In this document: positions 16,562 to 26,408 of the stretch, one piece after another
Numbering within the stretch: position 1 is the first letter of the stretch
How the letters are laid out: each line of letters starts with the position of its first letter
From: Clostridia bacterium
GTDB lineage: Bacteria; Bacillota; Clostridia; Christensenellales; CAG-138
Length of the DNA: 54,306 nucleotides
Direction: 5' to 3'
NCBI GenBank assembly: GCA_017440405.1
Contig: JAFSHG010000087.1
Span: forward strand, 1-54,306
Notes under the pieces: generated by a model
What the model was told of the DNA's origin: nothing
Seen by the model: the letters and a program-made list of their open reading frames with translations, nothing else
Databases searched by the model: none
Made by a program: the position numbers and the translations under genes

Positions 16562-17500
16562 TCAATACTCCCTGCTATGCCTACGCGGTCTGCGAGAATG
16601 TGTGGAAGTGATTATTACATAGCGATGCGGTTCTGTTCCTTCGCTGTGAGTGGTTACATGCGAATTTCCTTGCAATGTGGAATGGATTATGCGTCTTTCA
16701 TACGGACTCATGGGTTCAAACTTATACGGTTTGCCGCTTGCTCGCACGGTGGATGCCTTGGACTTTGCAAGGCGCACCAACACTTCTTCTCTCTTTTCTC
16801 GATAGCCTTGCGTATCAATAGAAACACGGGTGTATTCATTGTGGCTACGGTCACGGTTTGCAACCAGGAGCGTTAGATATTGGAGTGCATCCAATGTTTC
16901 GCCTCTGTGTCCTATGAGTACGCCTGCTGCCTCCGTATCTATGCGCAGTTTCAGAGAATCCTCCGTTTCCGCTGCCAAAACCTTTGCCTCAACACCCATC
17001 TTCACCAAAAGGTCTGAAAGAAACTGAGCGGCAGGAATATTTGCAGCAGCTTCTTCCGTGTACACTGTGGGAGCTGCTTCTGCTTCTGTTTCTGTTTCCA
17101 TATTAGAGTTATGCACAGCATCTGCAATGCTTTCCTCCTCAAAACCGTTTGAAAGTTCAGCCTGCACAGATGACTTTTCTGCTTTTACAGGCTCTGTGCG
17201 TATGCGTTCGGGTCTTTCTTTTTCAATTTTGTGCTGACGGGGGGCGTTTTCACGTTGCTTATGATTTTCGCCTTTTCGCTCCTCTTTGGACTCAAACATG
17301 CTCTTTATATCCAACATGTCATCGTGTGATTTCTCAGTGAGTCTTACTATGGCGGGTTTTGCACCTATACCAAGGAGTCCGAGAGAACCCCTCTGTATAA
17401 TTTCAATATTTACCTCGTCCACGGAAAGTCCCATTTCCTGTACACCGTTCCAAATTGCCTCATCAACTGTCTTTCCGCTTTTTTCTATCTGCTTTCCCAT
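16562..17500 (-). CDS. jag: Jag/KhpB (EloR) RNA-binding protein with KH and R3H domains
   Basis: 312 aa with an N-terminal Jag_N-like segment, an acidic/basic linker, and a C-terminal R3H region (PMSPYERRIIHSTL). It lies immediately downstream of yidC. Confidence 0.85.
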   Translation of the reverse strand: MGKQIEKSGKTVDEAIWNGVQEMGLSVDEVNIEIIQRGSLGLLGIGAKPAIVRLTEKSHDDMLDIKSMFESKEERKGENHKQRENAPRQHKIEKERPERIRTEPVKAEKSSVQAELSNGFEEESIADAVHNSNMETETEAEAAPTVYTEEAAANIPAAQFLSDLLVKMGVEAKVLAAETEDSLKLRIDTEAAGVLIGHRGETLDALQYLTLLVANRDRSHNEYTRVSIDTQGYREKREEVLVRLAKSKASTVRASGKPYKFEPMSPYERRIIHSTLQGNSHVTTHSEGTEPHRYVIITSTHSRRPRRHSREY

Positions 17501-17506
17501 GGGGAA

Positions 17507-18622
17507 TCATGCCTCCTTCTTAGTCTTGATTGTGTTTTTCTTATTGGTTTTCATAAATTTTGCAAGTAGTATGTTTACAATGAGCATGGTAATACTGCTT
17601 AATGTCCAGTACAGAGCAAACGCTGCCGTGTAGCTCAAACAGAATACAAATGACATTACGGGCATTATGTACAGCATGAGCTTCATAGAACCCTGACCCT
17701 GTGCATTGCTTGCAGCCTGAGGTGTGTGCTTCTGGTTATACCAAATGTACAACAACTGGAACAGAGTGGACAGTACGGGCAGTATGAACCAACCGTTATT
17801 ATGTCCGCTGTGATGCAGTGTCAGGGGTGTCATGAGCTCGTTATACCTTGCATATGCAGCATCTTGCAGTTTCTTCTGCTCATCTTTGCTCATGTCCTTG
17901 TAACCTTCTGTTTCGTCATAGAAGATTCCGAGTTCTTTCAGTTTCTCCTTCTCCTCGGGATGCTCTTCAAAGTATATGAGCTTTTTTGTACTCTTATAGT
18001 TTGCACCGAAGAAAGTTTCGGCGGGTACTACCACGGGTGAGAAACCGTTATCGGGCTGCCAGATGTTGTTTATCCATAAAAATTCCGAATTTTTAGCGGT
18101 TTCGGATATAGCCGTCTCCTCATACACTTTATCTACTTTATTTTTATCCAGTTTGCTGAGCTTGTCCATGCATTCTGCATCCGTATCGTCCGCTTCTGCA
18201 TAACCTAAGCCTTTCATGGCAACTGCAATGTTTGCACTGGTTTCAGTCAGAGTTTTTACATCTTGCTCAAAACCCCAGAATCTGAATGCCGCAATGAAGC
18301 AGAATAAAAGTACGAGAGTGAGTATCATGGGCAGACAGCCGCTGAACATGCTGACGCCACTCTCTTTCATGAGTTTTGCCTGTTCTTGTTGAAGCCTCTG
18401 CGGGTCGTTGGCATAGCGTTTGTTGAGCACTTCTAATTGGGGTTGAATCTCTGCCGTCTTTGCAGATGACTTGCGCTGCTTTATGTCTGAAAACAGCGTG
18501 AGCAGACGAAGAAGAACCGTGCTTATGAGTATAGTAAGAAAAATATTATTGCTGAGTACATTTTCGCATAGCCATCTCATTCCGAGAAAGAACCACTGCG
18601 TAAGAAAGAAATCACCTGTCAA
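17507..18622 (-). CDS. yidC: YidC/Oxa1-family membrane protein insertase
   Basis: 371 aa, polytopic, with a basic C-terminal tail. It sits in the conserved rnpA-yidD-yidC-jag context. Confidence 0.85.
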   Translation of the reverse strand: MTGDFFLTQWFFLGMRWLCENVLSNNIFLTILISTVLLRLLTLFSDIKQRKSSAKTAEIQPQLEVLNKRYANDPQRLQQEQAKLMKESGVSMFSGCLPMILTLVLLFCFIAAFRFWGFEQDVKTLTETSANIAVAMKGLGYAEADDTDAECMDKLSKLDKNKVDKVYEETAISETAKNSEFLWINNIWQPDNGFSPVVVPAETFFGANYKSTKKLIYFEEHPEEKEKLKELGIFYDETEGYKDMSKDEQKKLQDAAYARYNELMTPLTLHHSGHNNGWFILPVLSTLFQLLYIWYNQKHTPQAASNAQGQGSMKLMLYIMPVMSFVFCLSYTAAFALYWTLSSITMLIVNILLAKFMKTNKKNTIKTKKEA

Positions 18623-18680
18623 ATCAGAATCCTCTTTTCGTATTATTTATGTAAACACCGACGGATGTAAAAATCACGGT

Positions 18681-18920
18681 TTACGCACCCGGTTTATCAC
18701 TGTCATGAGGGAGAGGAACCGGGTCATACCCTCCCTTGCAAAACGGATTGCAGCGCAATATGCGCTTTATTGCCATCAGTGAACCTCGAAATGCTCCGTA
18801 ATACTCCAAACTTTGCAGTGCGTACTGACTGCAAGTGGGTGTGAAACGGCAGCATGGCGGAAAAAGACCGGAGATATACTTCCTGTAAAAAAGTATGAGT
18901 TTAATCAAAACTGTCTTCAT
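18681..18920 (-). CDS. yidD: membrane protein insertion efficiency factor YidD
   Basis: Motifs [11 protein letters not shown] and RCNPF..GGYDPVP. The start was set to the ATG at 18920 (MKTVLIK), which overlaps the rnpA stop (TGATG). Confidence 0.85.
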   Translation of the reverse strand: MKTVLIKLILFYRKYISGLFPPCCRFTPTCSQYALQSLEYYGAFRGSLMAIKRILRCNPFCKGGYDPVPLPHDSDKPGA

Positions 18921-19294
18921 CACACGTTTTGGGACTCTTTTTGAGTTGCGTCCTCTTTCATACACAAAAGCCCCGCCTTGTCCAGCGTGTATTCAAAGGA
19001 CTCGATAATCCGGCTGAATTCACAACTGAGTATGGGCTGGCGGGCGATTACGATTATGTTGAAGTTCGGGTTTATTGCCGGTATAAAGCTTGAAAACGCA
19101 CTGCGAAGTCTGCGCTTTATACGATTTCGAGTTACACTGTTGCCTATCTTTTTACTCACGGAAAAACCGACACGCAGAAGTCCTGTGTTGTTCTTCCTGA
19201 AAACAATCACCAGACACCTGCATGCCACGGATTTACCTGTACGATAAACATACCTGAATTCTTTGTTTCTTTTTAACGAGTAACGGCGTTTCAT
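18920..19294 (-). CDS. rnpA: ribonuclease P protein component
   Basis: 124 aa, basic, with the RNR-like motif [12 protein letters not shown]. It lies directly downstream of rpmH. Confidence 0.9.
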   Translation of the reverse strand: MKRRYSLKRNKEFRYVYRTGKSVACRCLVIVFRKNNTGLLRVGFSVSKKIGNSVTRNRIKRRLRSAFSSFIPAINPNFNIIVIARQPILSCEFSRIIESFEYTLDKAGLLCMKEDATQKESQNV

Positions 19295-19310
19295 TACGCT
19301 TAATCGTTAA

Positions 19311-19445
19311 TTAAGCAGACAGTCTTGCTCTGCCCTTTGAACGTCTGCGTGCAAGTACGTTTCTGCCGTTTTTGGTTGACATGCGCTTACGGAAGCCATG
19401 AACCTTTTTTCTCTGTCTTTTCTTGGGCTGATAAGTGCGTAACAT
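19311..19445 (-). CDS. rpmH: 50S ribosomal protein L34
   Basis: [44 protein letters not shown], 44 aa, with AGAGGTG upstream. The 140-aa ORF in the track is a spurious 5' extension. Confidence 0.95.
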   Translation of the reverse strand: MLRTYQPKKRQRKKVHGFRKRMSTKNGRNVLARRRSKGRARLSA

Positions 19446-19525
19446 TGTAATACACCTCTTTCTGTTTGGTTTAAGTTTATTCAGTCGTACACGCCTGCTA
19501 TATGAGCATGTACACTCAGATATAT

Positions 19526-19555
19526 ATTTTACTTTATATGGGAGCACTGTGTCAA
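19526..19555 (-). promoter_or_regulatory. sigma-A promoter of the rpmH operon (TTGACA-18-TAAAAT on the minus strand)
   Basis: -35 (forward tgtcaa) at 19550..19555 and -10 (forward atttta) at 19526..19531. Confidence 0.55.
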
Positions 19556-19788
19556 GGGCTTTTTCATTTATTTTTGAAAGATATATTATCCCCAAACGCG
19601 TTTGAGAGTGTGCGGTCTCACCGGAATTTTCTATACAAGACGAAGTATGCATAAACGGTTTTGAATACATAGAGAGAATGTCATACTCTCGATTGGTGTT
19701 TGCGACATGTTTTTTAGCATTCTTCCGACACAAGCATTACAAATCACATGTGTATAATGCCCATATAAAATATGAGAGGATACATGAT

Positions 19789-21537
19789 ATGCACAAGTGG
19801 CTGCAAAAACTACCGGAAAAAGCAAATGATGCAGGATATTTTCTTGCGCCTTTTGTCCTCGGACTTTTGAGCGGCATATTCTGTGTGGGTGACATTTCGC
19901 CTTTTGCATGTGCTGTTGTTGCCGCTTTTTTTCAGATAGGTCAGGGCGGATATGCAGCTTTTGCAGGTGCATTGTGCGGCAATCTCATATGTGCGTCATA
20001 CGGGTCACTTTTGCCGCTGTGCATATGTTTCATACTGAACTTTATATGGAATCTGTGGCAGGGCAAAAAGATTCGGATGTTCGACCGCATACTCATACTG
20101 GTGATAAGTATGCTGTGCATGATATTTGTTCACAACGGCAGCTTTGAAGAATGCATGGAAGTGCCGCTTTATGCTTTGGCAGCGGTTGGGGCGGTACTTA
20201 TTCTGTACAACGGTATTTGTGTATTTCGGGTGTTGATGCGGAAAAAAAGACTGCCGACTGAGGAGTCACTTTTTAGTTTCAGTCTTCTTCTTGCTATGGT
20301 AGTGCTGTTTTTATCGCCTGCTGTCACGGAGTACTTTTCACTGTCCGTTGTGGCGGCAGCCGTTGCTGTACAGATTTCTGCGTGTATGTCGGGAATAAAC
20401 GGCATGTGTATGGCACTTATAATGTCGCTTGGGGCATGTTACGGTGCAAACGGTTTTTCGGTTACTCTCCTCGGTGTGATGTCGCTTTCATGCGTGCTGT
20501 GCTATCTGGTAAAAAAGACTGGACGTGTGGCTGTTGCAGGTACTTTCCTTGCTGTAAGTGCTGTGGTAGGGGTTGTTATATCTCATTGCATGAAACCGCT
20601 TGACTGCCTCATGGGGGCTATAATTTTTCTATGTGTACCTGCAAGGGCTTTGAGTTTTTGTGATGCTTGCATATCCGTAAATATGCATATGCTCTCGGAT
20701 AACCGCATGAGGCGCAGGATACGGGATTTAGCCCGTGTAACAGACGGTGTGAGCGGCGCCATTGCAAAGTATCCCAGGCAAAATGACGGACAGTTTGCCA
20801 TAAGGCATTTAGGTGCAGTATCGGATATACTGGACGCCATGACGGATGAGAAGTCAACACCGCCTGTAATATCCGTGGAGGTGGGCATGGCGTGCATTCC
20901 GAAAAACGGATGTGCACACACGGGCGACAGTGTAGAAGCAGTTGATTTAAACACAAGGCACGTAACAGCAGTCAGCGATGGCATGGGCAGCGGCATACTT
21001 GCTCACAATGAAAGTCGTGCAGCCATAGAATGCTTTATGGAAAATATACGGGCAGGGTTCAACACATATGACAGCGTGGCATGTGCAAACAGACGGCTCA
21101 TATCATGCGGGAGTGCAGAGTTGTATGCCACACTTGACGCCGTTATAATTGACAGACGTACTTCGCTTGCAACAGCTGTGAAATTGGGCGCGCCGCCGTC
21201 ATTTTTAGTGCGTGACGGTTCTGTGCATGACATATGTGGTGAGTCGCTGCCGCTCGGAATATTGGACGAGGTAGTACCCACCGTAAAAAAGATGCCTACA
21301 CAGGACGGGGATATGTTCGTTATCCTCACGGACGGAGTTACGGACGCATTGGGAACGGGACTTGTGGCTGCCATATCAGAGCATGTGACGGCAGATAAAA
21401 CTCCCAATGAAATTGCAAACGAGATTTTGGATTTGGCTTCATACGACGGGGCACCTGACGATATGAGTGTGGTGTGTGTGCGGGTTCGCAGCATGACAAA
21501 AAGCACAAAGCGCACATACAGGAGCGAGAAGAAATGA
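19789..21537 (+). CDS. spoIIE: stage II sporulation protein E (membrane PP2C phosphatase)
   Basis: The polytopic N-terminal half is followed by a PP2C domain (SDGMGSG, ILTDGV, DDMSVVCV). The start was chosen at the ATG at 19789 (MHKWLQ), preceded by GAGAGGA. Confidence 0.85.
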   Translation: MHKWLQKLPEKANDAGYFLAPFVLGLLSGIFCVGDISPFACAVVAAFFQIGQGGYAAFAGALCGNLICASYGSLLPLCICFILNFIWNLWQGKKIRMFDRILILVISMLCMIFVHNGSFEECMEVPLYALAAVGAVLILYNGICVFRVLMRKKRLPTEESLFSFSLLLAMVVLFLSPAVTEYFSLSVVAAAVAVQISACMSGINGMCMALIMSLGACYGANGFSVTLLGVMSLSCVLCYLVKKTGRVAVAGTFLAVSAVVGVVISHCMKPLDCLMGAIIFLCVPARALSFCDACISVNMHMLSDNRMRRRIRDLARVTDGVSGAIAKYPRQNDGQFAIRHLGAVSDILDAMTDEKSTPPVISVEVGMACIPKNGCAHTGDSVEAVDLNTRHVTAVSDGMGSGILAHNESRAAIECFMENIRAGFNTYDSVACANRRLISCGSAELYATLDAVIIDRRTSLATAVKLGAPPSFLVRDGSVHDICGESLPLGILDEVVPTVKKMPTQDGDMFVILTDGVTDALGTGLVAAISEHVTADKTPNEIANEILDLASYDGAPDDMSVVCVRVRSMTKSTKRTYRSEKK

Positions 21538-21591
21538 ATATCCGTAAGGGTTTTCAATAAATAAAACAATTAAGACAGGAGACAGAAAACT

Positions 21592-21969
21592 ATGATAATT
21601 ACAAGCGTACAGATACGGGACACCAAAACGGGTACCAGACTTGAAGGCGTTGCTTCGGTAACATTTGACGACATGATGGTGATACATGACATCAAGATTA
21701 TCAGCAATGCAGAGGGCGGTTGCTTCCTGGCAATGCCCAGCAGGAAACTGCCGAACGGTACATTCACGGACATTGCACACCCGATTTCAAGAGAAGCAAG
21801 GGGCGCACTGGAAAATATAATAATATCCTGCTTTGGCTGTATGCGAGGCAGCGGCCTTCCGAATATGAATCTGCGACTTGGCATGAACAACACTAAAAAG
21901 TGTATGACGGAACAGGTCTTTGAGGACTTTGAAGTGGTGCAGGATGTGAAAGCGGAATCATATGCGTAA
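21592..21969 (+). CDS. spoVG: SpoVG family protein
   Basis: The N-terminal 85 aa align with SpoVG: VASVTFDDMMVIHDIKII..FLAMPSRKLPNGTFTDIAHPISREAR. Confidence 0.9.
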   Translation: MIITSVQIRDTKTGTRLEGVASVTFDDMMVIHDIKIISNAEGGCFLAMPSRKLPNGTFTDIAHPISREARGALENIIISCFGCMRGSGLPNMNLRLGMNNTKKCMTEQVFEDFEVVQDVKAESYA

Positions 21970-22029
21970 CTTATTCGGAATAATCATCATGCACCAAGCG
22001 ATAGCAGTGTATTGATGTACACCGCATTT

Positions 22030-22059
22030 AAACGGGAGTCTATCAGAAAACTCCCGTTT
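22030..22059. terminator. bidirectional terminator between spoVG and the Ltp-like gene
   Basis: Hairpin AAACGGGAG(22030..22038)/CTCCCGTTT(22051..22059), with A/T runs on both sides. Confidence 0.7.
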
Positions 22060-22076
22060 AATAATATAGAGACGAA

Positions 22077-22451
22077 TTATCTATATGCCTGTTCTACGCC
22101 GTATTCGGCTTCTTCGGATGTGAATCCCTCAAATTCGAGTTGGTCTATCAGCTCTTTCTTTGAGAATGGCATAGTATCCAAATAGTTTTTTGCAACTCTG
22201 ACTGCCTGTTCTTTCCAGTCGGCACCGCAGTTATCGACAGCATAAGTAGCTTCTTTTGTGGTGTATCCTTCAAATTCAAGTTGATCTATAAGACCTTTCC
22301 TTGAGAATCCCATAAAGCTCAAATAATTTTCAGCAGAATCGAGTGCCATTTTCTCACCCATTGTTGCATCATCTTTTTTCTTGTCCGTATCGGTAGTTGA
22401 CTGCTTATCCGTATTGTCGTCATCTAAGTTTGTTTGGCGTACCCATTGCAC
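22077..22451 (-). CDS. Ltp-family (host cell surface-exposed lipoprotein) double-domain protein lacking a signal peptide
   Basis: Two Ltp repeats are present: MGFSRKGLIDQLEFEGYTTKEATYAVDN and MPFSKKELIDQLEFEGFTSEEAEYGVEQ. The annotated start is a GTG with no RBS, and there is no lipobox. Confidence 0.65.
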   Translation of the reverse strand: MQWVRQTNLDDDNTDKQSTTDTDKKKDDATMGEKMALDSAENYLSFMGFSRKGLIDQLEFEGYTTKEATYAVDNCGADWKEQAVRVAKNYLDTMPFSKKELIDQLEFEGFTSEEAEYGVEQAYR

Positions 22452-22476
22452 TATGAATTTTTAGTTTCGTCAATAG

Positions 22477-22507
22477 AAAAAGGCACAAAAGAGGAAATCT
22501 TTGTGCC
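22477..22507 (-). terminator. terminator after the 99-aa membrane protein gene
   Basis: Minus-strand hairpin GGCACAAA/TTTGTGCC followed by a T-run (forward A-run at 22477..22481). Confidence 0.65.
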
Positions 22508-22543
22508 GAGTATAAAATTTACAATTTCAATGCATAGATAGCG

Positions 22544-22843
22544 TTACATTAAATACATAAGCAAAAGTACAAACGCTGCAATAAGCCCTGCCAGAACCAA
22601 AAGCAGTACGATAAATTTGCCGCTCAGCGTATTGTCCGACTTATGTTTATATGCGGGCGGTGCCTTGGGCACAGGCACATGCTTCCTGCGGAAAAAGGTT
22701 TGCCTGTGAGGGATGGGTGTGGCTTCTCTCGTATTTGAGAGTTTGCGCAGTTTGGGCTTGTATCCCGTGGGCGTTGCCGTTATCACACGGGAGTGGCGTA
22801 TGGGCTTATGTATCTTTTTCGGAATGGGCTTGAATTTGCTCAT
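22544..22843 (-). CDS. small basic tail-anchored membrane protein (hypothetical)
   Basis: 99 aa with a K/R/P-rich N-terminal 70 aa followed by a C-terminal TM helix, FIVLLLVLAGLIAAFVLLLMYL. It starts 2 nt after the aminopeptidase stop. Confidence 0.5.
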   Translation of the reverse strand: MSKFKPIPKKIHKPIRHSRVITATPTGYKPKLRKLSNTREATPIPHRQTFFRRKHVPVPKAPPAYKHKSDNTLSGKFIVLLLVLAGLIAAFVLLLMYLM

Positions 22844-22844
22844 A

Positions 22845-24149
22845 TCACTTTCTCACTGTAATTGAGTAATTGCCGTTTCCGTTATGCTTTATATCACAGT
22901 TATAAAATGCCTGTATTGCATTCATCATGGCGCATGTATCATGAGCACCCACAAGTTCATAACATGAGTGCATTGCAAGCTGTGCAATACCTATATCCAC
23001 GGTGTTGAGTGAAACCTTGGTGTTTGAAATATTGCCCAAAGTGGAGCCGCCTGCCATGTCGGAGCGGTTAGAGTAGGTCTGTACGGGAACATCTGCAAGC
23101 TTGCAAATTTGCCTGAACATAGCCTCGGAAACCGAGTCCGTGGCATAACGCACACCGTATTTTATTACCACACCGCCGTTTAATACGGGTCTGTCCGACG
23201 GGTCTGCATACTCGGTGTGATTAGGATGAAGTGCATGTGCGTTGTCACATGAGAGCATGAAACTCTGCTCCAATGCGTTTGCAATGCTTGTGTCGTTCAT
23301 GCCGTATGCATTTTTTATCATGGCAAGCACATCACGCAGCATGGTGGAACCTGCACCTTGTTTGGTGTCGCTGCCTATCTCCTCGTTATCTGCCACCATG
23401 TATATGAGTGCGTGACTCTCAGGTGTCATGGCACTTGTGAAAGCTTCCAAAGATGTGTATGCACATTCCAAGTCATCGAGTCTTGCGCTTGCGATAAATT
23501 CACCGTTTGCGCCCAACACTTTTCCGCCCTCACGCAAGCAGAGGTATAAATCCGTGCCTATGATGTCGTCTTCGTTCACGCCTGCTGCTTCTGCAACGAT
23601 TTTCATGAAACTGCCCTTGCTGTCCTTGCCGCCGAAAAGGGGAAGCATGTCCTGATTTGCTTTGTACTCAAAACCCGTGTTTGCATTTCTGTTCATGTGG
23701 ATTGCAACGTTCGGAATTATGAGCAGGTCTTTATCCACATGCACGAGTACGGTCTTTATGCCGTCGTCGCATGACACGAGTATTTTGCCTGCCACGGTCA
23801 AGGGACGGTCGAGCCAAGGTGCACACAGCATACCGCCGTAACGCTCGGTATTTAATCTTACATATTTGTCCTCAACACTAAGTTCCGCATTATTTTTCAC
23901 CTTAAAAGTGGGTGAGTCACTATGACTTGCGGAAACGAGGAAACCGTCGGGTGTTGTTTGGGGAAGTACGAATGCGATTATTGACGAATAATTGCGTGTG
24001 ATGTAGTACTTGCCGCCGGGGGTAAGATTATCGTTTGGCTGAACCTGTAAAAAGCCGTTTTTGTCCAATATTTTCATTATGCTGTCTATGGCATGGTACT
24101 GTGAATGACAGCCGTTTAAAAAATTGATAAGATTGCAGTTTATATCCAT
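22845..24149 (-). CDS. M18 family aminopeptidase
   Basis: 434 aa with motifs SHSDSP, DNEEIGS and HAMHS typical of aspartyl/M18 aminopeptidases. Confidence 0.85.
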   Translation of the reverse strand: MDINCNLINFLNGCHSQYHAIDSIMKILDKNGFLQVQPNDNLTPGGKYYITRNYSSIIAFVLPQTTPDGFLVSASHSDSPTFKVKNNAELSVEDKYVRLNTERYGGMLCAPWLDRPLTVAGKILVSCDDGIKTVLVHVDKDLLIIPNVAIHMNRNANTGFEYKANQDMLPLFGGKDSKGSFMKIVAEAAGVNEDDIIGTDLYLCLREGGKVLGANGEFIASARLDDLECAYTSLEAFTSAMTPESHALIYMVADNEEIGSDTKQGAGSTMLRDVLAMIKNAYGMNDTSIANALEQSFMLSCDNAHALHPNHTEYADPSDRPVLNGGVVIKYGVRYATDSVSEAMFRQICKLADVPVQTYSNRSDMAGGSTLGNISNTKVSLNTVDIGIAQLAMHSCYELVGAHDTCAMMNAIQAFYNCDIKHNGNGNYSITVRK

Positions 24150-24335
24150 AAAATAACCTCCGCATGGTATTTTTCTCTACACATAATTATACAACGTATG
24201 TGTAAAGTTTACAAGTATGAGCCCAAATTATGTCTCTGAAATTTTTTATCGTCCAAGTCGGAGGTATGAAACGTGTACGGATTTATTTTTCATGAAGTGT
24301 TGAGGATACAAGCCGTTACAAATGGATGGTTGCTG

Positions 24336-24364
24336 TTGACAATACGGCGTTTTGCGGATAGAAT
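24336..24364 (+). promoter_or_regulatory. sigma-A promoter of lysK (TTGACA-17-TAGAAT)
   Basis: -35 at 24336..24341 and -10 at 24359..24364. This leaves a leader of only ~40 nt, too short for a T-box. Confidence 0.6.
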
Positions 24365-24409
24365 ATAGTAGTTGAATTATAAATGTATTGCTTGGAGGTA
24401 CAAACAGAT

Positions 24410-26407
24410 ATGCATTGGTCTGAAGAAATAGCAGCTAAAATTATAGCAAAGCGTCCCGATAAGGAAGAATATGTATGTGCAGCAGGAATCAGTCCGTCAG
24501 GATCTGTGCATATAGGAAATTTCCGTGATATTGCCACAGCTTACTTCGTATGTAAAGCATTGCGCAAGGCAGGGAAGAAAGCAAAGCTGCTCTTTTCGTG
24601 GGACGAGTTTGACCGCCTGCGTAAAGTGCCTGCAAATGTTGCGGCAGTGCGTGACGACTTTGGAAAATATGTGGGAATGCCGTATGTGGACGCACCCGAC
24701 CCCTTTGGATGTCATGACAGCTATGCAGCACACTTTGAAGCGGAGTTTGAGCGTTCGTTTGCTGCTTTTGGCATTGATATAGAATTCCGTCGCCAGGCAG
24801 AGGAGTACAGAAGCGGCAGATATGCTGAGCAGATTGTACATGCACTGCGTCACCGCCATGAAATTTTTGATATATTGGACAGTTTCCGCACACAGGATTC
24901 CACAGCCGAGGAGCGTGAGGGCTATTATCCCGTGTCTTTGTACTGTGCAGAATGTCATAGGGACACCACGCACATCATTTCACTTTCAGACGACTGCACA
25001 CAGGCAGTGTATGAGTGCAAGTGCGGTCACAAAGGAAAGATAGACTTCACAAAGGATTTCAACTGCAAGCTGGCTTGGAAAATAGACTGGCCCATGCGTT
25101 GGAAAGCAGAGGGAGTGGACTTTGAACCCGGTGGAAAAGACCATGCAAGTCCAAACGGAAGTTATCAGACGAGCCGTATTATTGCAAAGAAAATATTTGA
25201 TTATGAAGCCCCCGAATTTCAGGGTTATGAGTTCATAGGCATAAAGGGCGAAACGGGTAAAATGTCGGGTTCATCGGGATTAAACCTCACCCCCGAAGTT
25301 TTGCTGCACATATATCAGCCCGAAGTTATACTGTGGCTTTATTCCAAATCCGAACCGCTTAAAGCGTTTGATTTCTGTTTTGATGACGGGATACTGCGTC
25401 AATACAATGAGTTCGACAAGATGTATACAGCAGTGAAAGACGGTACGGCGGACGACTATGTACAGGGCATAATGTATAATTGCCTCATAGACGGCAGAGA
25501 GTTTGAAACCGTACCCATGTCACAGCTTGTGTCTTTGGGTTCCATTGTGGACTTTAACCCCGATATGGTGGCTACAATCTTTGAGAAAATAGGCACGCCT
25601 TACACGGTGGAGCAGTTTGCATCCCGTTTGGAGCTTGCAAAATTCTGGGCAGAGCAGTGTTCGCCCGAGAGCTTAAATAAGTTGCTTACAAAGAGAAATT
25701 GGAATTACTATCTCACACTTTCGGACGAATCAAAGAAAGAGATAGAGGTTTTAAGAGAGTATCTTCTGAACAACAAAAACTGTACTTTGGACGAGCTTAA
25801 TACTTTTATATACTCTGTTCCCACACAGGTGAGAGGCGAGCTGGATGCAAAGGCAAAAAAAGCGGCACAGGGCGAGTTTTTCAAGAATGTATATCAGCTT
25901 ATCTTGGGCAAGGAGAGAGGGCCTCGTCTGTACCTTTTCCTGTACTCCATTGAATTGGAATCATACGCATGGCTGTTGGACTTTTCGGGAGAACCCGAAA
26001 AGGAAGATGATAACACGGCAGCGGCAAGCTGTTTGGCAGAGGACAAAGTTCAGACGGAACCCGACGAAATTCCCGAAATGAGAGGCGAAATTACACTGGA
26101 CGACTATGAGAAAATGGATTTCCGTGTGGTAAAAGTTTTGGAATGCGAAGAAGTGAAGAAATCACGCAATCTTCTGAAACTCACATTGGACGACGGCATG
26201 GGCGGCAGGGTAATTGTAACCAATATCCGTGGCATATACACTCCCGAACAGCTCATAGGCAGGAAGATAATCATAATAGCAAACTTAGCACCCCATAAGT
26301 TCTCAGGCGTGGTGAGTTGTGGTATGCTCATGGCTGCGTCAAACGGAAGCTGCGGCACAAAGGTTATATTTGTGGACGACTCCATACCTGCCGGCACTCG
26401 CTTGTAA
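24410..26407 (+). CDS. lysK: class I lysine--tRNA ligase fused to a C-terminal Trbp111/EMAP-II-like tRNA-binding domain
   Basis: HIGH-type motif SGSVHIGNFRD and KMSKS-type motif GKMSGSSG. The C-terminal ~105 aa (FRVVKVLECEEVKKSRNLLKLTLDDG..IIIIANLAPHKFSGVVSCGMLMAA) resemble the MetRS/CsaA OB-fold. The start is at the ATG at 24410, with GGAGG 9 nt upstream. Confidence 0.85.
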   Translation: MHWSEEIAAKIIAKRPDKEEYVCAAGISPSGSVHIGNFRDIATAYFVCKALRKAGKKAKLLFSWDEFDRLRKVPANVAAVRDDFGKYVGMPYVDAPDPFGCHDSYAAHFEAEFERSFAAFGIDIEFRRQAEEYRSGRYAEQIVHALRHRHEIFDILDSFRTQDSTAEEREGYYPVSLYCAECHRDTTHIISLSDDCTQAVYECKCGHKGKIDFTKDFNCKLAWKIDWPMRWKAEGVDFEPGGKDHASPNGSYQTSRIIAKKIFDYEAPEFQGYEFIGIKGETGKMSGSSGLNLTPEVLLHIYQPEVILWLYSKSEPLKAFDFCFDDGILRQYNEFDKMYTAVKDGTADDYVQGIMYNCLIDGREFETVPMSQLVSLGSIVDFNPDMVATIFEKIGTPYTVEQFASRLELAKFWAEQCSPESLNKLLTKRNWNYYLTLSDESKKEIEVLREYLLNNKNCTLDELNTFIYSVPTQVRGELDAKAKKAAQGEFFKNVYQLILGKERGPRLYLFLYSIELESYAWLLDFSGEPEKEDDNTAAASCLAEDKVQTEPDEIPEMRGEITLDDYEKMDFRVVKVLECEEVKKSRNLLKLTLDDGMGGRVIVTNIRGIYTPEQLIGRKIIIIANLAPHKFSGVVSCGMLMAASNGSCGTKVIFVDDSIPAGTRL

Positions 26408-26408
26408 T

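Noticed and set aside
19446-19733. The track gives a 140-aa ORF extending rpmH upstream.
   Set aside because: Only the last 44 codons match L34, and they have their own RBS. The extension runs through the promoter region and is spurious.
24150-24409. I expected a T-box riboswitch upstream of the LysRS gene.
   Set aside because: A consensus promoter lies only ~45 nt from the start codon. No T-box sequence (GGGTGGNACC) or terminator hairpin is present in this interval.
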